A stretch of DNA of 56,022 nucleotides, filler included, from Sphacelaria rigidula (taxonomy: Eukaryota): NCBI GenBank assembly GCA_964200075.2. It is 4 parts of 4 records of this genome, joined end to end, with 100 filler letters (N's around TTAATTAATTAA, not from the genome) between each part and the next. Parts side by side here need not be neighbours in the genome. Positions count along the whole stretch, not along the records: positions 1 to 13,932 come from CAXNAA020002576.1; positions 14,033 to 27,962 come from CAXNAA020002577.1; 2 more parts are not named here. One strand, 5' to 3'. Of this stretch, positions 10,810-22,943 are shown in pieces. How positions within the stretch are numbered: the first letter of the stretch is position 1; each line of letters opens with the position of its first letter. The notes under the pieces are model-generated. The model did not search any database. It saw only the letters and a list, made by a program, of their open reading frames with translations, and had not been told where the DNA came from. The translations under genes and the position numbers were made by a program.

Positions 10810-13130
10810 TTCTGGTAGATATACTGGGCACCCCCAAGATCCCTCGCAATCCGGTCAGCCGCTCCTGCATGTACATTGTGTTACTTGCTGTTGGACTTGA
10901 ACGCCGAGCTCCGACCTTGATTATTCGTTGGTTTGGTTATGATGTTTTGCAGCGGGCTCGTATGTACCTTCCACTCGGTTGCACCTTTCTTCGTTTTGTT
11001 GCCAAACATGTAACACGCGATACTACCATCTCCCTTCTTCTGAGACATATCACAGCAGGACAGGACAGCCACTTCCAGCTGGCCTCTGAGCACTCACCCG
11101 TACAGCGCATGCAGGTGTAACCCAGCATTAAGGCGGGGGTACTGTGTAGCTTCTGATACATGCTGGTCATGTGAGGATGGTACTTGAGGAACACCTCTCT
11201 TGCAGTGTTCCGCCGGGTGCCCTCTCCGAAGAACAGTTGCCTCTTCACCTCTCCGTCTGCGACATCTTGGCCACCGTCGATAGGAGCGAGCTCCTCTAGC
11301 GCAGCAGGGATCTTGTTATTTTTTTTGGAAATCACCTGTTCACCATCTCCTGTCGGTCATCAAGCCCGACCGTTGCCCAATTCCTAATGTTGCGCAACAA
11401 CACCGAAAGTGCTTTTCCACGACGTTCAAGTCCAATTCAGGCGTCCGTGTCACATGCATCAAGTAGAATGGCCGGCCGCTGACAACGGTTTTCACCTGCC
11501 ACACAGAACATGGCAATGCCATGCAGCAAAGGCCCACCAGCCGAAGCAGGAACTTCCCCATGCAGAGGCCCGTCCACAACGCCATATACACTGGGTAGTA
11601 TTGAAGGACGAAGCTCTCTCACCCTTTGAAGGTCTCGTGGTTTTCCGCCCGCGCCCGAACCTACGTTCGAATGGTGAGGATTTGGTTCCTCACATGCACC
11701 TTCGATTTGTTGGCGACGTCGCGGAACTCCTCTGCAAGCTGCTCCAAGGTTTTGTCCACGAGTTCAGGGTCGTCACTTTGTTGGCCACGCTGGCGCTCAG
11801 CCGCCGGTGCTGTTCCTTTGCTGGGGGGCGTAGCTCATGCTATGCCAGCGGCCGACCCTATTCCGTTACCAGCGGCCGCCGCTGGGGTTGCGCCGGCGGT
11901 GGCGGAGGATCCCATGCTGACGACGGCCGGTGCTCCGTTGTTTGTATCGGATGGGAACAGTCCTTGTCCACATTCGCGGAAACCTACCAATCCCACGATA
12001 CCGTGTGTCGCCGCGGAGGCGCAGCCCTCACCGCGATACTTGCGCCGCTCAGCAACAACGGGGTCCGAAGACGGAACGCTTGGCGGTAACGATGACTGCT
12101 GGCTTGGCACATCCTGTCGCGCCGGCAGGCCTGGTGTTATTGTGGTGGCGAAGAGCGCCGCCGGCCCGACGTCAAGCAGAGGCGATGCTGCGACCCCAGG
12201 ATGTGCTTCACTGGTGGCGCCCGGTAGTACGGGCGGTTTTGCCTCGGCGCCCGGTGCTTTGGCACGTCTTGTGTTGAAACGTGAAGTTGAATTCCCACCT
12301 TGATGAGTCTCCCGCGGCAGCTTCCCCACCTTCGCGCGGGGTGGTATCGACTTTCTTCGAGAATTGCCGGTGGAGTCGATGGCGATAACTCCTGTGTGTT
12401 TTGTTCTGACGCCGATGTACTGAAAACTTCACAGGCCGCGCCGTTCCTGCCCGATCGACGTGTTAGTTTTGACGCTCTGCGCCGCGCCGGTCGCTTCTTG
12501 CCTCCGCCGCCCTCTACAACTGCCCCATCAGCGGCTGTGCTTGGCGCCCCCGAGTTACGGTTCGGTGCAGTCGCAGTGTGTTTTCCGTCGGACTGGGGAC
12601 TTGGCCCCTTACGCGCTACGCCTCCGTGGCCTCTGTGGCCCCTGGACATTACGTTCAGATTTTCCATCGGTACTGTACGTTTGAAGTCTATCCGTCGAGA
12701 CCTACTCTCAACCTCGGATGTGGCATGTGCCGGACGGGATATCGTTGCGGGTGACCCAGGTGTTGCAAACCTAAGCAGAGGACACAGAACAACGATAGGC
12801 GGGTGCAAGATCTCAGCTGATTGGTTTGTTTGGATTGTGAGTGTCGGAGTTGGGGGTTCGTGTGAATCCCGTCCTGCACAAATCTAGGCGTCCATAATTT
12901 CGTTCAAAAGTCATCACCATCACCGAAAACATGAGCAAACCACTCAGGTGCGTGCGATCTTCGGCATTTATAGCCTGCAGGTTATTACTGCAACCGGGGA
13001 CTTGTGGCACTCTTACCTCGGGATCGTTTTTGGTGTCATATCATATGGTATCCTCGCAACCATCTGACCATTGAGACTTTGGTTCGAACCGCAATGAAGT
13101 AACACGATCCGGGATATTATCACATTATGC
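10810..13130 (-). pseudogene. Possible degenerate Mutator-like (MULE) transposase
   Basis: Frameshifted minus-strand pieces in MULE-like order: VPGCSNNLQA, RARAENHETFKGESFVLQYY, RPAILLDAC, KPTNNQ. A possible SWIM remnant (xEC...FP*HA) lies at ~2770-2825, on the far side of the LINE. Confidence 0.35.
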
Positions 13131-13159
13131 CGAAAAATGGAGAGTGACTCTATCGTGGG

Positions 13160-13380
13160 TACACAAGATTCGACTTCGCGGTCGACGAGGGAAAGGGACA
13201 GCTGAAGCCTTCCCTCGAAAAAAAAATCAGGCTAGCACCGTGTAAGGAAGGTACATTGCTAAAACAAGATGAAAAAAACTCCTTTGTTGACCTTCCTCCT
13301 GTGTGACCCCGGCTGATACGTCCACATCTACCGCAAGGCGTAGACTGGCATTCAAAATAGATGGGACGACGAGACACCAC
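13160..13380 (+). repeat. Interspersed retroposon-like 3' end (family D); second copy at 50085-50320 ends in (CA)n
   Basis: Shared gacttc.cggtc.acgagg...aaagggac.gctgaa and ctcctgtgtgaccccggctgat...atgggacgac. Confidence 0.7.
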
Positions 13381-13680
13381 CCCCTGGACGATATATTACA
13401 TTGCCAAAAAGTGTATAGCGTACAGTATCGACTGTTTCGTCTATTGCAATCGACAATAGATTCCATACTGTATCGATGGCTCACTAAATCTATTGACTAT
13501 CGACAATTGATGGATGACTCACTAGATCTATTGATTACGGCAATGGCTATCGATAAATATGTCTCACAGTCTTATGTAGTATTCGATGTCCATCGATGGC
13601 AATTGATATTCATCGATTGCAATTGCCATAGGCTGTTCATCGACTCTAGCAACATCTAGTGTCCCTTGCAACACATTTCA
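13381..13680. repeat. MITE-like repeat rich in ATCGAT/TCGAC; related short copy at ~15131-15282
   Basis: Both copies begin ccctgga...atattaca.tg.caaaaa...gcgtacagtatc...gacaatagatt.catactgta. Confidence 0.55.
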
Positions 13681-13932
13681 GTGAATGTGTTTCACCATCT
13701 ATCGTGTTCGACAATATATATATATATATACACACTTCCTCTGTCTCATGAGTTAGGGTACCTGGGGGCAATACGTTGTCTGGGTACAACCGTTTTAGTG
13801 AGGATAGTATAGTCGAGCTTGTTAAGAAGATAAAACGGAGACGAAGAGAGAAAAAAAAAAGGGGGGGGGGGGGGGGGCTGTCCTCACATAAGGGGTGGGG
13901 GAGAATGCACTTTATGATGGCTTAGTTGAGCG

Positions 13933-14032
13933 NNNNNNNNNNNNNNNNNNNNNNNNNNNNNNNNNNNNNNNNNNNNTTAATTAATTAANNNNNNNNNNNN
14001 NNNNNNNNNNNNNNNNNNNNNNNNNNNNNNNN
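13933..14032. other. Artificial contig linker (N44-TTAATTAATTAA-N44)
   Basis: 100-bp spacer with stops in all six frames, identical at 27963 and 41993. Confidence 0.98.
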
Positions 14033-14052
14033 ACTCCTTAAAGAGTGGTTGG

Positions 14053-14120
14053 TGCGTACTCATTTGTTGCTTGCCTTAGTCGTTCGACCATTGACCATGC
14101 ATCCCTTTCGAGACGGAGCA
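14053..14120 (-). mobile_element. LINE 3' tail, family A
   Basis: Reverse complement reads gctccgtctcgaaagggatgcatggtcaatgg...gcaagcaacaaatgagtacgcacc. Confidence 0.75.
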
Positions 14121-14818
14121 TTACATAGGGGGGGCGGGTGATGATATATATGCAGAGTGGACTGTTGTGCTGTAAAGATTGGCGTGTATTGAACGAACAC
14201 ATTTTCCGCTCGAATTTCGATACATGTAGAGCGCAGAATTTTAATCGAGGTCAGTGTACTCCGGAAAACATGGTATCCTAAGCATGAAAAACGTGGCATC
14301 GCAGGTTCCGAAGTCTGCGGATTATCGACAATTTTTCATCAAGAGGTTAGACCCATGCTGTCCCCGGACCGTCAGACGAGCTGTATTTCCTCTCTATTCG
14401 GAACGCTGTTGTTCATTTTCGTTTCCGAAGTCGTGGTTATCGCTCAACCATGCAGTATCATATTACCTCGAGAGCCAGAATTTCTATCCGGTGCCGGTGA
14501 CAACGATAGAGTGTCATCGGCGTGTGCACGAAGCAAAAGGTATTGGGGACGAGATGATCCTGGTCTGTGTTGAGATATCACAGACACCACTGACACAAAC
14601 CGTCAGTGCTGAATGTTTAGGTCAGTGGCACCTGTGACATATATATGAGGAAAAGCTAATCGTGGGGGGTTCCTCTGGGCTGTTGAGCCCTCGAGCCGTG
14701 GTGTTCACCCCAGGGTTGCTGCCCCTGCAATCAGCGCCGCACCCGCGCCAGCCATCGCGACCACACCGAGACGCTTTCAAAGATATTCTCTTAACCGTCT
14801 GCTCCTGACCTATGGTCA

Positions 14819-14854
<36 letters not shown>

Positions 14855-15352
14855 CGGGTCCTACTCCACAGCTTTGGCTGCCGCGTTTATGTTCACCCCG
14901 TCTGTTCCGGATCCCATGAGTTATATTTCCCCGGTTTGCTGCATTGGAGATGCCGGCGCCGCAGTTGTTTAGAGAGAAAAATGGGGAGAGAGAAAGGGGA
15001 AGGATAGGCTAAACATAGGGCGCATCAACTGATTGAGGGACTACACACGCGGACATGCGGACATGGTACCCATGCCGGCCCGATACTGCTTAAAAACACC
15101 GAACGTGAGGACAAACCGATGCAAACAATACCACACCCTGGATATATGACAACATATTACACTGTCAAAAATATGTACTGCGTACAGTATCCGCCACCAC
15201 GTCTATTTGCCATAGACAATAGATTTCATACTGTACGCAGTACAGGTTCGACAATGTAAATTTTAGTCATTATCCAGCGTGTAAACGAATGAACATGTCA
15301 GAAGATGGAGACCGCCTAGTATTTCCCAGGAGAAGACGACGAAAGTGTAACC

Positions 15353-18280
15353 CTAATGAAGATGACGACCACCCCAATAATCCAATGACTCAGAATGTGT
15401 TATGAAGTCACCGTTATTATCCCCGCATTCAACATCGCCGCCGCCCTGTGCACTTGCTCTGATCTCACGAGTTGATCCTCCCCGTAGATCTCGCCGTTGA
15501 TTTCGCTGTGTGTGCGTGGGAGAATCGGCTTCTGGTACGTCGTTGGTCTTATCGACGCCATTGTGATACCGACCTTCCTCATGTTCCTCGTGATCGTTAC
15601 TACGGGCCACAAGGTTGACCATGCCCTGTCCTAGATGGTGCGTCCGAGTCAGTCTTGTATGTGCGCGTACGTGTATGTGCGAGGATGGGCGCAGTACGGC
15701 GGGTAGGCAGGGGAGTATACAAACGGTGAGAGAGTGGGGGTTGATAAGTGTGTGTCGAAACGAATGTTTGTACTTGCTGCGGCAACGTGCTCGATTGTTT
15801 AGCAACACTATACGTTAATGCGCACGTAGATCGAACTGTTCCACAGAATGTTTTCCCCGAGACGCCTTGAACCCCCATGCCCTGCATTGGTGTAAGTGTC
15901 CATTTGCCTCCATTACACACCACTAGGGGCATCTCTACCGAGTGTCTACGTACGGGTGCAGTGAAGATTCGACATGAACCGTACTCAACGGTTTAGCACC
16001 TGCATCTCGAGTACATCCCGTACGGTATTTCTTCTTGCTTGGGGCGTCGTCTGTACACCATATTGTGTGCCGTATGGCGGCAGTCTTCCCGAAGGTCCAC
16101 GGTACCTGATAACTTCGAAGTATCGGCATATTTCTCATACCCCTGTCTTACGCACGGGATCGATGTAGAAGTGTTTGAACGATCTGCTCCCATTATATGT
16201 TACGAGTCAATTTCGACCTGTTTGCTACTTGACGTATCCGATCATCTGCGCATATGGCGACGCCAATTTTGTGCTTTGTTCCTAGAAAAATATGGCTTTC
16301 ACAACTGGGGTATTCTTACTTCATGAATGTGGGGTACGATTGCGTCTGGAACATGACAACCACGGCGGAGGGTGTCTTGTAGGTCCGCGGTGTCCACCGC
16401 CTGTGTCATGTGTTGTTTAGCGGGTCGGTACCGTTTTTACTTGAGTTCTATACGAGCGATACTATTGGGATACAGAGTACATGTTAGCTTATACATTTAT
16501 TGGCCTCAATGTTTTTCAAGTTTTAGTGCCGTCTTGGAACCGAGCAGCATGGCTCTCTTCACACCGATCAACCCGTGGCACTCACCACCATTTCCGACAG
16601 ATATCTTCCCCTGAAGAATGATCCTACGATAGGGCGTTTTTTTTGTTTTCATTCCTCGAACACAAGGGCTCACTGGCGTCTCAGACGACCGAGCACATTT
16701 GTATTTGGGTGAAGACGGTGTCAAGGAGTGTGAATGAGCGTGCGTTATTGGAAACAAGCGCGTTCGAACAATCGTTCTTGCTTCCTCTGACGATTTCAAG
16801 TGGGGTTTGGAGGAAGAAATGCCCCAAATCTCCCCCCCCCCCCGCTGTAGGATGACTGTGGAAACGGTATCTTCGCCCATTTTGAAGTGCGTACTTGTCT
16901 TATTTCACCCTACGCCACCATAGTTCGATAGTTACCATCCATAAAGTCTACCGCAAAAAGCAAGACGTTTCGACAATTTTCCCGATGCTGTCGAAATCTG
17001 TTCAATCGTACATCTTCCGCTTGATTTTTCACCTGTTGCTCCCGCGTTGCCCCCGGCGCCCGCCATCTTTACGGCGATGTTTCATTTCCTTCTCAGCAGC
17101 GTGTCTAGCCAAGACCTGCTTGAGGCTCTGACGGCGCCGTTTCATCTCCTCGCCTGTCTCCTTGAGGGTGTGTATGAGCAGCTGGGTTCTCCAGCTGTCG
17201 AGGTCCGGCGAAACGGCCGAAAACTGCTGGCGTGTGGCACGATGGGAAACCAAACAAGGGGAGCAGTCGAAAGTGTCGACTGGCGGTATCAACACCATTG
17301 CGTCTGTTGAGCGATGCTCTCTAGTAGCGATGCTCTCTAGTTCCACTGTACCTTGGAGTCTCGTCGGCTTGTGTCCGGTTGGCTCATCAGTGGAGAGAGA
17401 AGTCTGCTGCAGACGTCCTATCGTTGGTCGCTTGAGCGCACTAATCGATTCATCGATCTCCTGATGGTTTCATCTATTTACTGATTGGTTGGTTGGTTGG
17501 TTGGTTGGTTGATTGTCGCACTACTTCAACTCATCCTCGGGGGATCCAGACGTGCGGCCACGAGTCATACGCAACTAAGGTAAAACAAAACGAAAGTTTT
17601 CGCTCAGGAAAAAGCAAATCCAAAAAGAGGGAACCGCAGTAGTCCCCGACGGTAAGAAGAATGGCCTCAAATAATCAATAATCTCCGCTGTGTTCAATAT
17701 TTCCCTGAAACGCACGTGATGACCCCGTTGCTTGCTGGCGATCGAAGATGGGATGCTCGAGGACAGGCTCGTGGTCGACTGGTCATCGCTGTTGGCGCCG
17801 TGGGTTTCGCGGTAGCCGTACTTTTGCTTGCTTCGTTTGCGTGCCCGTTTCCTCTTCGCCTTGTCTACCGCACCGCGATACCCTGTCGTGATTGTGTAGC
17901 GGCACGGGTCTCCCTCCGATCTGCTTACTCCACGCTTCTCCCCTGGGTCCTTCACTCTAAATTCCAACCTGCCGAAGCAGATAGCGGCGAAAAGCACGAC
18001 TTGAGACGTGCGGATGTTCCTCCGGCTTTGCAGCACTTTCCACCGGGGCCCTGTACTCGTAGGCTAGTGTACAACTACCGAGTTCTCTGCTGTGCATGCT
18101 CGCGGAGTTCCCTCATTGCAATTGCCGTCGAGCTCCAACCTCCGCGAAGGATGAATGTGGGCAAATGATCACAGGCGTTCCTACAGAGTACGGTTACATC
18201 ATTCGGTGGTGCGCTGAGCAGTGCTCTCTGCTCAGTCACGGGGGGTATTTCTGCCATAGATAAGCTACCGTTCCTTGGAT
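15353..18280 (-). CDS. Hypothetical multi-exon protein-coding gene, unknown product; may extend upstream to ~27421
   Basis: Three consecutive open exons have phase-compatible GT-AG junctions: ~18270-18079, 17968-17716 and 17460-17033 (EIDESISALKR...EEMKRRRQSLKQVLARHAAEKEMK). A candidate terminal exon lies at 15630-15353. No recognisable domain. Confidence 0.45.
17483..17640 (-). repeat. Retroposon 3' end with (AATC/AACC)n tail (family C)
   Basis: gattgtcgcact...gggatccag.cgtg is shared with copies at 34125, 42560, 47455, 47612, 48012 and 53360. Confidence 0.6.
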
Positions 18281-20514
18281 CTTTGCCGTAAATGTTCAGT
18301 ACACAGACTCAACAGTGGCCAAAGGCCAACACCCAAGAGAGATTGAACGCTCGAATGTTGGCTCAGCGGATCCATGCAGAGTTATGCACAGGCCACATGC
18401 ACGTGATGTGGTATCATGCGTGGTGCCCCTTACTAGGCCTCGCGAACAAGGTTCCGACGCTACTTACTGTACGCTACAGGAGGTGAACTCAATTATATCA
18501 AGCCACACGTTGGAGACGGCCAGCCCCTTATCGCTTGACAAATTGTCATCTTGAGGTGAAGCGGGAGTGCAGGCTGAAAGGTGCTTTGTCTGTGTTACAA
18601 CTCTCTCTCACACACACAAGCCTTGACTGTGCTCGCTGCTGGATACAACATGAGAGGTACGCTATGGACGGACACGAAGTACGGGCTGATACAGTATGAG
18701 GACTGAGTGTCGGAAGATGTTCACCTATGATACCGCGCGATATGGCGACATGCCCCCAAGCTGGGTAGTTATGCATGTGTAATAGGCAGGATAGCTAACC
18801 GTAGACGGCAGACCCAAGCCCAAGGGGTACCACGTGGCAAGATCAACACAGCTACCGCTGCAGTCATGTACGACGGTATCACTGTGCATCGCATATACCA
18901 ACCCTGTCTGCTGGAATTTCACTTTCTTCACTCTGTGCCGACTGAGTATGCGTATCTGTATCGTGCTATTCCGTGCGTTGTACCGTCTGGACATATGTGG
19001 TGAAGCCGGACGAAACAATGTTTCCAGCTATTTTACCGGATAGTAAGAAATGGGTGAAATATGCAAAACTGCACTGGGGGGAACAGCAAGACATAGTCGT
19101 CGGTCCGTCTATGTCCAGATTCAGTGAGCGCTTGCAGCATTCCGCGTGCTGCTTCATCAAAGACGGTCAATCCGCGGGCAATCTATGCCTGACTTTTAGT
19201 AGCTCCCGGACATATCCTTCGTTGCCTCAGTGTTCTCTCGGCGCTTCTACATATCCACCGCTAAACGTGTGGTTCGTAGACACTCCCTGGGCGTGAGCTG
19301 CGGAAACTGCGCGCAAATAAATACATCAGGAGCCATCGCAACCATGCTTGTACGGCATGTAATACTCATTTCGGGACACTTAACAAAGTGCTGTAAAACC
19401 GTTGACGACCTAACAATGGTTTGGGCAGCGTCTCCTCACATGCTTCGCAGTTTGATCATTGACTATTGCTTGTGCCTACCGTGTGCGGGAAGTCTGCCAG
19501 GGTTACGTGTATCGTGAAGAGATATCCTCAGCACCACGTGTGGAGGCAATGTAAAGACTGTTTACCACGGTTGCCCCGCACATCACTCTCCTACTGAAAC
19601 ACTCGGCGCAACGAAGCGGAAGTAGTGGGGATCAACGATGGCTTCAGGGACCTTCGTATGTATTCACGGACTGCTGCGGCTTTTCTACGATGCACACAGA
19701 ACTGCAGGGGTTTGGCATGACCGCAATACAGGCGCGCTTGCTATTATTTCTTCCCCCCACGCTTCATTTTCCCCGATTTACAGACATTGACGGAGCATAA
19801 GGGTATACCCCAAGATCACCAAACACAGGTACATCTCTCCCCTGGGGAATTTCGCGGCGAGAAGTAGCGAACTCTCGGGTTTGTCACCGTCTTTGCGATG
19901 TTCCATAGAGCAGAGACATGCTGTTTTTTACATGTTCGTAATATGATGTCGATATACCACACCCCTCATCCTCTCGAACGCCAACCATTTCTCGGCGGCA
20001 AGGGGTCAGCCTGCTGCAGGTATAAGTGGCTCGTATTACCCCTCCAGCGGTGCGACGATATATTGACCTCAATACCATGCACAATTCGAAATATTGTGGC
20101 ATCGATTGCACTGACTGTATGTCAGTGATACTCTACTCCACCCTCAGGAAACAGTCAACTTGAGCTATTTTATTATTCACGTTGTCTGACCTGAAAGTCT
20201 CATGCGAGGAAGATATGATCGTGCATACCGTGCGTAGGCAACGACAAAATGTGGGCTTCATGGCTCCCTTCATTTTCGTTCATGGTGTCAGTGGTGTTGG
20301 GATGTCCCACCAGCACGCCCCACTGGCACCTAAGGTACCAGTACCTCATGCTGGTGGGACACGCCGGTGGGACGTGTCATTGGCACATGGGGTGTCATGG
20401 TACCTCCGACTGGCACCGTGCCTTATAACAGATGGCCAAGTCTTTGTACGATAGCCCCCGCCCAAAACCAGCCCAAAACTGTTACGAAGAAAATGGTCAT
20501 ACCACGCCTGATCT

Positions 20515-20680
20515 TTGGTTTCAGGCTGCATGAAGCGCCTCATATGAACAGCATTAGCGGAAACGAACCCAAGCGTGGGAATTCCCAGCTGTTCATGTGG
20601 TCGGCTTTTTTTCATTCCGATTCACGTGTAGATTTTCCCTCCCCAAACCAGTCACATTTCTTTTTTTTGGGGGGGGGGGC
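20515..20680. repeat. Interspersed repeat, second copy at 24430-24585
   Basis: Both read atgaagcgcctcat...cccaagcgtg.ga.ttccca.ctg...tttcttt and end in a G-run. Confidence 0.7.
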
Positions 20681-21108
20681 TATCGTACAAAATGTCGACT
20701 GCGGAACAAATCCGAGCAGTTATACTACTGTATTTGATGCTATTTATTCTTTATACCGGCTAGAGTGGAATTTCAGCCGGTATACAGATATCTTCACACA
20801 TTGTGGACCTCTGGACCTGGATGAAGATCAGCATTAACAACGCAACTGTTAAATGGACCGGATTCCTAGACAAGTCAGACGGGTAGCAATGTCGTCGTCT
20901 CCGGATGGCAAGGACATGATATTATTTTTTTCAAAAGCACGGGCTCATATATATGCTGGAGTATGTTCTCGTCATGTGGCACTTAACGGGTATAACGGAT
21001 AGTATATCGCCGTACGAAGGGGACGATCATGACATTACTCAAATAGCGTGGACTTGCCCTCTCGTTCAATCTCCATCATCCGGATTATGCACATCCACCC
21101 GAGATATC

Positions 21109-22943
21109 TAAGGTGGTATTCTGCAGGGTACGGTTTTCTGTATACCCGGGTATTTTCCCGAGTATTTACCGTACCCGACAGTTTTGTGACTTCTGTAAGA
21201 CTTTCATACCGGTACCCAACAGTCCTTTTATCTCTGTAAGGCTTTCTTGCCCTTGCCCGATGGTTCTGTCAATTATGTAAGCCACCCGTGCTGTTACCGG
21301 GGGGCACGGGTACCCTCTTGATAAGATACCTGGTTGCGGGTACGGTTTTCTGTGCAACCTCCATCCCCTACCCGACAGTTGCTGTGAGTTCTGTAAGCCT
21401 CCCATATCCTCCGACAGTTCTGTGAGTTCTGTACAGAATGTTGACCCGTACCCGGGGCGCGGGTACCCTCTTGATAAGATGCCCGATTGCCGGTACGGTA
21501 TTTCAGTAAGCCTCCCATACCGTACCTGACAATTTCTGTAATATGTGTAAGACTTTTATCGAGTATCGGTACCCGGCAGTTCTGTGAGCTCTGTAAGACT
21601 CCCATACCCATACCCGGGTTTAGGGTTCACCGCTGCAGATATACCCGAGTGCAGGTACGAGCACAGGTATATACCTTGGGGAGGTATGGATGTAGGTCCA
21701 ACCCGAACATAAGCTCATGAACTGAGCATGTATGTCTCATTGATCAACCGACCCAACTCCAAAATTTAAAACTGCACGCCAGCGAAGACTCAATGTTGAA
21801 CAGTTCTTTGCTGTGAAATCTGACGGGATACGAGGTAATGCTGAGTGGAAACACGAAACATGAGAAGCACTGCAGACCGTCAGGATAGATCACCCTCAGA
21901 CTCGAGTGGTGGCTCGAGCGGGGGCGGTTCATCTGCGCCACCCGGGGATCAAGTAGCAAGACGCACGTCATCGACGTTGATGATGGTGCCCATGTTGTGG
22001 TCATCAAACCCCAGGCCGTTATCGACATGCATAGCAAAGAGTATGAGCTGCTATCACCGGAAGCCGTCAAGGCCGTCGACGATTTCGTCCAGCCGAAGGG
22101 CTTCCAGAGAGCGAGTAGCCGTGAATAATGCTCTTTCATGTACTCTTTGGGAGTGCACGTGAAGCCAAATTATGTGGACGTTCCCGTGCACATGTACTTC
22201 TGCGAATGTTCGTGTAGCCTTTCTCTATCAACCGCGTGAAGCCGGTCAGGGTTTCCGGGAGCTGTCATCTGTAGTTCGCCACTGCAGTGACGCAGGTCCC
22301 ACCACAGGGGTGATGGTGATACCAAGGTCGTGTTTTGCAGGGTACGGTATTCTATATACCCGGGGTATTTTCCCGGATATATACCGTACCCGACAGTTCT
22401 GTGACTTATGTGGGACTTTCATAGCGGTATCCGACAGTTACTGTGAGTTCTGTAAGTCTTTCATACCGGTACCCGACAGTTCTGTGATCTCTGAAGACTT
22501 TCATACCCTTACCCGATAGTTCTGTGAATTATATAAGCCTCCCGTACCGTTACCGGGGGGCACGGGTACCCTCTTTGACAAGATTCCTGGTTGTGGGTAC
22601 GGTTTTCTGTGCAACCTCCATCCCCTACCCGACAGTTGCTGTGAGTTCTGTAAGCCTTCCATACCCTTGCCCAACAACGCTGTCAGTTCTGTACATAATG
22701 TTCACCCGTACCCGGAGCGCGAGTATCTTCTTACAGGAATACCCGGTTGCCGGTACGGTTTTTCGGTAAGCCTCCCATACCGCACCTGACAAGCTCTGTA
22801 ATTTATGTAACACTTTTAAATCGATACACGACAGTTTTGAAATTTCTGTACGACTTTCATACCGGCACCCGATATTTCTGTAAGTTCTGTAGGGAATCTC
22901 ATAGCCTACAGAACTTACCCGTACCCTACAGAACACAATCTTG
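21109..22943. mobile_element. hAT-like composite/nested non-autonomous element with internal CCCGACAGTTCTGTGAG repeats
   Basis: GAGATATC TSD at 21101-21108 and 22944-22951. Ends read TAAGGTGGTATTCTGCAGGGTACGG and CCGTACCCTACAGAACACAATCTTG. A second left end begins at ~22323. Confidence 0.75.

Noticed and set aside
11409..12887. Several overlapping 160-226-aa ORFs
   Set aside because: GC-rich low-complexity DNA that is open in many frames, probably within a decayed transposon.
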